21,575 bases of DNA, from positions 2,110 through 23,684 of the forward strand of contig JBNPEG010000096.1 of NCBI GenBank assembly GCA_051117555.1, read 5' to 3'. This DNA comes from Elainellaceae cyanobacterium (GTDB lineage: Bacteria; Cyanobacteriota; Cyanobacteriia; CAZCXK01). This document shows, piece after piece, positions 17,172-21,575 of the stretch. How positions within the stretch are numbered: position 1 is the stretch's first letter; each line of letters starts with the position of its first letter. The notes beneath the pieces were generated by a model, which did no database searches, was not told the DNA's origin, and was given only the letters and a program-made list of their open reading frames with translations. The position numbers were made by a program, and so were the translations under genes.

Positions 17172-17528
17172 ATGCCTACAATCGCAGATTTTACTGTCAT
17201 TAGAGACTCCAGATTTTCGATGGCCTCTGATCAGGATAATGACCGGAGCTTTTCGTTTAATCTGCCTGATACGGCTCACGTGGAGTCGTCATCTGTTCTG
17301 TTTCTATACCTCTACACCCAGGATGCAGATGGGCTCAGATTTTGGATTCAGCTCAACGCCTATAGTCAGGTGAGATATGTCTATTCAAGCCCTCAATCCC
17401 ATACGCTTCACGAGGTCATTAATAGACATGTCCTAGACCGTGGTGCGAATACTATCCGATTTGTGGTTGCAGGAAAGGGCACTATCGAATTCGGAGATGT
17501 GGTGTTATTTTGGCAGCGAAATATTTGA
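17172..17528 (+). CDS. Small hypothetical protein, predicted all-beta sandwich (118 aa)
   Basis: MPTIADFTVIRD...RSFSFNLP...FWIQLN...HEVI...LDRGANTIRF...FGDVVLFWQRNI, an alternating hydrophobic beta pattern. ATG 17172 preferred over GTG 17109, which lies in a repeat. Confidence 0.7.
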   Translation: MPTIADFTVIRDSRFSMASDQDNDRSFSFNLPDTAHVESSSVLFLYLYTQDADGLRFWIQLNAYSQVRYVYSSPQSHTLHEVINRHVLDRGANTIRFVVAGKGTIEFGDVVLFWQRNI

Positions 17529-17663
17529 GGGGTGTTGATTTCGAATCTGCCTTGAGGTCGAGAAGAATGAAGGAACGATTGCTGTAGTATTTGTCTGTAA
17601 TACAAGCAGGATCGACTGGATTGTGTGATTGAGCAATTCAGTGCGATACGGGAGAAATCAATA

Positions 17664-18362
17664 ATGTTACCGAAACGAGCGATCGCCATTACGTCTGCAC
17701 TCTTCCTCGTTCTAGGAACCGGAGCACCTGTCCTCGCAAATGTCTCAGACGAACAGGAAGAAGCAATCGAAGAAATTGAAGAATCCCGCGAAGTATTTGA
17801 GGAAATTTCTGTCGACTCTGAGACTCGTATTCCCTCCGATCTACTGCGAGATAGCGTTGGCATTATCATTCTGACCAATGTTGGACAGGGGGGCTTTATT
17901 GTTGGAGGTCGCAGCGGCGATGGGTTAATGATGGTGCGGCAAGACGACGGAACGTGGAGTAATCCTGCCTTTGTGACATTCGGCGGAGGAAGCTTTGGCC
18001 TCCAGATCGGTGGACGCTCAAGTGATATTGTCATGCTGATCCAAAGCCAAGACACCGTCAATGCCATCTTAGATGGAGCAGTCGAATTTGGCGGCAGCGT
18101 TACCGGAACAGCAGGCCCCGTCGGCGAAACAGTCGTTGATCCTGCGGAATCGGCAGATGGCGAGATCCTAACGTATTCCCGCAGTTCCGGATTTTTTGGA
18201 GGCGTTGCGGTCGAAGGAGGCACGTTGAGTTTTGATGAAGACCGCAACGAAGCCTTCTATAACGTGGTTAACGTCGAACCCGAACAGATTCTAATAGACT
18301 CCACCCTATCGCCTGTGGCGAGTGCCGATGCGTTGGAACAAGCTCTGCTAGCAGCAGAATAG
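17664..18362 (+). CDS. Secreted lipid-binding SYLF (Ysc84/DUF500) domain protein
   Basis: Signal peptide MLPKRAIAITSALFLVLGTGAPVLA. Motifs GGFIVGGRSGDG, WSNPAF, GGSFGLQIGG, TAGPVG and YSRSSGFFGGVAVEG. Confidence 0.9.
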   Translation: MLPKRAIAITSALFLVLGTGAPVLANVSDEQEEAIEEIEESREVFEEISVDSETRIPSDLLRDSVGIIILTNVGQGGFIVGGRSGDGLMMVRQDDGTWSNPAFVTFGGGSFGLQIGGRSSDIVMLIQSQDTVNAILDGAVEFGGSVTGTAGPVGETVVDPAESADGEILTYSRSSGFFGGVAVEGGTLSFDEDRNEAFYNVVNVEPEQILIDSTLSPVASADALEQALLAAE

Positions 18363-18391
18363 GATGCTAGCAAAAGCAGAACCTCATGGCA

Positions 18392-19747
18392 TTATGAGCC
18401 TGTCGGCAGAGGTTCGGGCTGAATGGTAAAGGTCTGCATTTCACCCGACCGCTGTAGCTCAATGGTCATGTCATTGCCGACTCCATTTTCTTCAACAGCG
18501 TCAAGCACTTCATTCACTTCTGTCACCGTTTGATCGTTGATACGTTGGATGACGTCGCCTGCCTCTAAGCCTGCCTGAGCAGCGGGAGAGTTGGGCTGCA
18601 CTCGCACAATCAGGACACCCTCATCGGCTTCAATCTGAAGAGTGGAGTTGGGGCTTTCATTAATCCGTTGCTTGATGTCATCCGTCAGGGGAATGATTTG
18701 CACGCCAATGTAGGGATGCTCAACCTGACCGTCTTCAATCAACTGCTGGGCGATGCGCTGAGCCGTATCGATGGGAATCGCAAACCCAATGCCTTCTGTG
18801 TTGCCGATGATAGCAGTATTGACTCCGATGACCTGACCTCGCGCATTGAGGAGAGGGCCTCCTGAGTTGCCAGGATTAATCGCCGCATCAGTTTGAATGA
18901 AACCAACCCGCTTCCCTTGAACACCAATGTCACCGCCGGAGCGATCCACTCCGCCGACGACTCCTACCGTCACGGTTTCTTGAAGCCCGACAGGATTCCC
19001 GATGGCGATCGCCCACTGACCAATCTTGACCTGCTCAGATTGGGCAAACTCGGCCACTTGCAAATCGTCGCCGGATACTCGAACAACCGCAATATCCGTG
19101 ATTGAATCGGCTCCGACTACCTCACCGTCGGCAGTACTACCATCGGAGAAGGTCACCGTGACTTGATCGGCATCATCAACCACGTGGGCATTGGTGAGAA
19201 TATGCCCGTCAGAGTCGATCAAAAATCCAGAACCAACCCCCCGGACTATACGCCCTTCAGGAACCGGGGCTGATTCTCCGAAGAATTCCCCAAAGAAATC
19301 AGGCAGTTGACTTTGAACCGTTTGAGTCGTATCAATCTTCACGACGCTGGGGCCGACTGCTTCGACGACTTCTACCACAAAATTGGTGTCTACATCAGTG
19401 GGCGTGAGAGAGCGATCGCCCTCCTGCTCCTCATCTACTACTGCTTGCGAATCGGTGTCTTCTACCGTTTGCGGAGTCTCTTCGGGTTGCGTCTCGGTTT
19501 GGGGAAAAATCTCGGCGCACCCCCCCAACACCAGTGCTCCCGCTCCTAGCAGCGAGACCATGAGATGGGTGGATGGGTGCCACCACCGTTGATGAGTATG
19601 TGTTTGCAGGGTTGAATTGTTTATGGCTGAATCGGGCGCGATCGCCCTATCGGCAGACTGATCGACCGGGTGGTCAACCGGCTGGTCAACCGGCTGGTCA
19701 ATCGGGTGAATGCTGTGATGCTGATGATCACGGCGTATCGTATTCAT
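18392..19747 (-). CDS. HtrA/DegP-family serine protease (HhoA/HhoB type) with a single PDZ domain
   Basis: Motifs GSGFLI, LTNAHVV, TDIAVV, AIGNP and IQTDAAINPGNSGGPLLN; C-terminal PDZ (SPAAQAGLEAGDVI); lipobox-like LGGC. AGGAGG upstream of ATG 19747. Confidence 0.95.
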   Translation of the reverse strand: MNTIRRDHQHHSIHPIDQPVDQPVDHPVDQSADRAIAPDSAINNSTLQTHTHQRWWHPSTHLMVSLLGAGALVLGGCAEIFPQTETQPEETPQTVEDTDSQAVVDEEQEGDRSLTPTDVDTNFVVEVVEAVGPSVVKIDTTQTVQSQLPDFFGEFFGESAPVPEGRIVRGVGSGFLIDSDGHILTNAHVVDDADQVTVTFSDGSTADGEVVGADSITDIAVVRVSGDDLQVAEFAQSEQVKIGQWAIAIGNPVGLQETVTVGVVGGVDRSGGDIGVQGKRVGFIQTDAAINPGNSGGPLLNARGQVIGVNTAIIGNTEGIGFAIPIDTAQRIAQQLIEDGQVEHPYIGVQIIPLTDDIKQRINESPNSTLQIEADEGVLIVRVQPNSPAAQAGLEAGDVIQRINDQTVTEVNEVLDAVEENGVGNDMTIELQRSGEMQTFTIQPEPLPTGS

Positions 19748-19915
19748 GAACCTTATCCTCCTTGATTAGTGAATGGGAGTACTCCGCATCCTATCTAAGA
19801 GTGAGGCGTTTAGTCGCAATTGTCTTCTATCCGACTCATGAATCCTGACATCAAATTCTCTGTCTGAGGTTAGGGAATCGTCGGCACGGGGCGATCGCTC
19901 CTGGGGTGAGGTCTA

Positions 19916-20007
19916 AGATCCCCGGCTTCTGACACAAGCGTCTGATGATGTGCTAACCCGTTTATCAAGAAGCCGGGGATCTGGCGCAGCTAAGGGGATC
20001 TGGCGCA
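19916..20007. repeat. 15-bp perfect inverted repeat element with tandem duplication of its right end
   Basis: AGATCCCCGGCTTCT at 19916-19930 and AGAAGCCGGGGATCT at 19968-19982. GGGGATCTGGCGCA occurs at 19975 and 19994. Confidence 0.85.
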
Positions 20008-20134
20008 TCGCCAACCTTACAGAATGCATGGTTATATTTCCTTCAGTCCCCATAGCTGATGCCTATTGGCAAACTTTAGAATTCTCGGTGAGAATGAAGC
20101 AAATTTCTATGGTGAGAGGCATCGAGCAGAAGCG

Positions 20135-21575
20135 ATGGCAAATGAGGAACACGTCAAAATTTTGAAGCAAGGAGTTGAAGCGTGGAATCTCTGGAGACAA
20201 GAAAACCCAGAGGTAAAACCTGACCTCCGCTCCGCCGACCTCCGCTCCGCCAACCTCAGCAACGCCAACCTCAGCAACGCCAACCTCAGCAACGCCAACC
20301 TCCGATACTCCGACCTCAGCGCCGCCAACCTCAGCTACTCCAACCTCAGCGCCGCCAACCTCAGCGCCGCCGACCTCAGCTACTCCAACCTCAGCAACTC
20401 CAACCTCCGATACTCCGACCTCAACGCCGCCAACCTCAGCTACTCCAACCTCCGATACTCCGACCTCAGCGCCGCCAACCTCAGCTACTCCAACCTCAGC
20501 TACTCCAACCTCCGATACTCCGACCTCAGCGCCACCAACCTCAGCGCCGCAATACTTAGCGGTGCTATCCTTAGCAACGCTAATTTGCGAGGTGCAGAAA
20601 TCAATGAAGGCACTCAAATTGATGAAAAGTGGCGTTTAGTCATTAACATCCTGAATCAAGGAGGAGAAGGTAAAAATCTCACAATCCAGAACTTTAGTGA
20701 TGTTAACTTCAGCGGGGCCAATTTTACTGGGGCTAAACTGGAATATGTCAATCTCAAAGAGGCAAATCTTTCCCGCTGCATTCTCTCAGAAATAGACTTA
20801 AGCAAAGTAGAGTTGCAAGGTGCTGACCTCAGCAATGCAATTCTCAGAAAAGTTAACCTTAGCAGTGCCGATCTAAGCTCTACTCAACTGGCACGAGCGG
20901 ATCTTACCGACGCAAACCTTGCTCGTACACAAAACTTTGGGACTAACTTTCAAGGTGCTGTTCTCACTGGAGCCTGTATCGCAGACTGGAACATTAACAG
21001 CACGACAATTTTAGACGACGTAGTTTGTGAGTATGTATATCTTCAAGACAATCAGCAAGACCGTCGCCCTCACAATCCCAATAAAACGTTTGCTCTAGGG
21101 GAATTTACTAAACGTTTTCAGCAAGTACTAGAAACTGTCGATCTATTCTTTGATGACGGCATCGACTGGAAAGCATTTCTTGCAACATTTCAAGATTTGC
21201 AAGCTCAGTATGGCAACGAAAACCTCGACATACAAGGTGTCGAGCGTAGAAGTGCTAGTAGCTTTGAGGTGCGTTTAGCCGTTACGGAAGAGCTTGATAA
21301 AGTTGCTGTTGAGCGAGAGGCATATCAAACTTATGAAATCAATCTTCGGCTCCTAGAGGCTCAACATCGGGCAGAACTCCAAGCAAAAGATAAAGAAATC
21401 GAAAGCTATCGCCGTGAAAGTGCCAACATGAGGGAGATTACTCGATTTTTGGCAAGTAGAGAGATTAAAGTAGAGGAACCCAAAATGTCACTTAGACTAG
21501 ATCAAATAAGAATCCTCAGAGCTATCGCTGATGGTGCAAATTTAGATCGAGAAATAGCAGCTCAATTGAATCTTT
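20135..21575 (+). CDS. Pentapeptide-repeat protein (partial, runs off the window end)
   Basis: Open from ATG 20135 to the end: MANEEHVKILKQGVEAWNLWRQENP, two blocks of A(N/D)L(S/R)x repeats, LTGACIADWNIN...CEYVYL...RRPH...FALGEF...ETVDLFFDDGIDWKAF, then a coiled coil and an HTH-like start. Absent from the ORF track because it has no stop. Confidence 0.93.
   Translation, partial: MANEEHVKILKQGVEAWNLWRQENPEVKPDLRSADLRSANLSNANLSNANLSNANLRYSDLSAANLSYSNLSAANLSAADLSYSNLSNSNLRYSDLNAANLSYSNLRYSDLSAANLSYSNLSYSNLRYSDLSATNLSAAILSGAILSNANLRGAEINEGTQIDEKWRLVINILNQGGEGKNLTIQNFSDVNFSGANFTGAKLEYVNLKEANLSRCILSEIDLSKVELQGADLSNAILRKVNLSSADLSSTQLARADLTDANLARTQNFGTNFQGAVLTGACIADWNINSTTILDDVVCEYVYLQDNQQDRRPHNPNKTFALGEFTKRFQQVLETVDLFFDDGIDWKAFLATFQDLQAQYGNENLDIQGVERRSASSFEVRLAVTEELDKVAVEREAYQTYEINLRLLEAQHRAELQAKDKEIESYRRESANMREITRFLASREIKVEEPKMSLRLDQIRILRAIADGANLDREIAAQLNL
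20219..20550 (+). repeat. 15-bp coding tandem repeat array (~22 units, C(A/G)ACCTC(A/C)G core)
   Basis: Near-identical units such as CCAACCTCAGCAACG, CCAACCTCAGCTACT and CCAACCTCCGATACT encode the first pentapeptide block. Confidence 0.9.

Noticed and set aside
17408..18247. 279-aa minus-strand ORF
   Set aside because: Antisense to the well-supported SYLF gene; S/P/T-rich shadow composition.
924..19592. Numerous 60-135 aa alternative-frame or antisense ORFs inside the major genes
   Set aside because: They fully overlap well-supported CDSs and have no recognisable motifs.
20063..20617. 184-aa ORF with (AEVGV)n repeats, and the overlapping 20107-20328 ORF
   Set aside because: Antisense shadows of the pentapeptide-repeat gene on the + strand.

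Overview
Cyanobacterial chromosomal region (about 50% GC, more than 25 HIP1 GCGATCGC octamers, STRR/REP-like repeats; probably a filamentous lineage). In order it carries: a beta-propeller/transglutaminase-like gene (+); a minus-strand block of Halothermothrix-type sucrose-phosphate synthase, PhyH-family 2OG/Fe(II) dioxygenase and the polar amino-acid ABC transporter natF-natG-natH-bgtA (AapJQMP-type, with an NtcA-consensus site upstream); pfkA; an acetate-CoA ligase (ADP-forming)/GNAT fusion; a hydrogenase relic; a coiled-coil/wHTH-like hypothetical; a small beta-rich hypothetical; a SYLF protein; an HtrA protease; and a pentapeptide-repeat gene that runs off the 3' end and is missing from the ORF track. 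The most striking feature is the ~1.4 kb relic (14491-15873), a bidirectional-hydrogenase operon collapsed into collinear fragments of hoxE, hoxF (two pieces), hoxU, hoxH and hypE. Two deletion junctions fall exactly on HIP1 octamers and a third HIP1 site lies next to the 5' truncation. Also notable are a three-level nested MITE stack inside the nat operon, and a 27-nt micro-element with a covarying hairpin found three times inside two different REP-like palindromes. Family assignments come from recognised motifs, not database searches.
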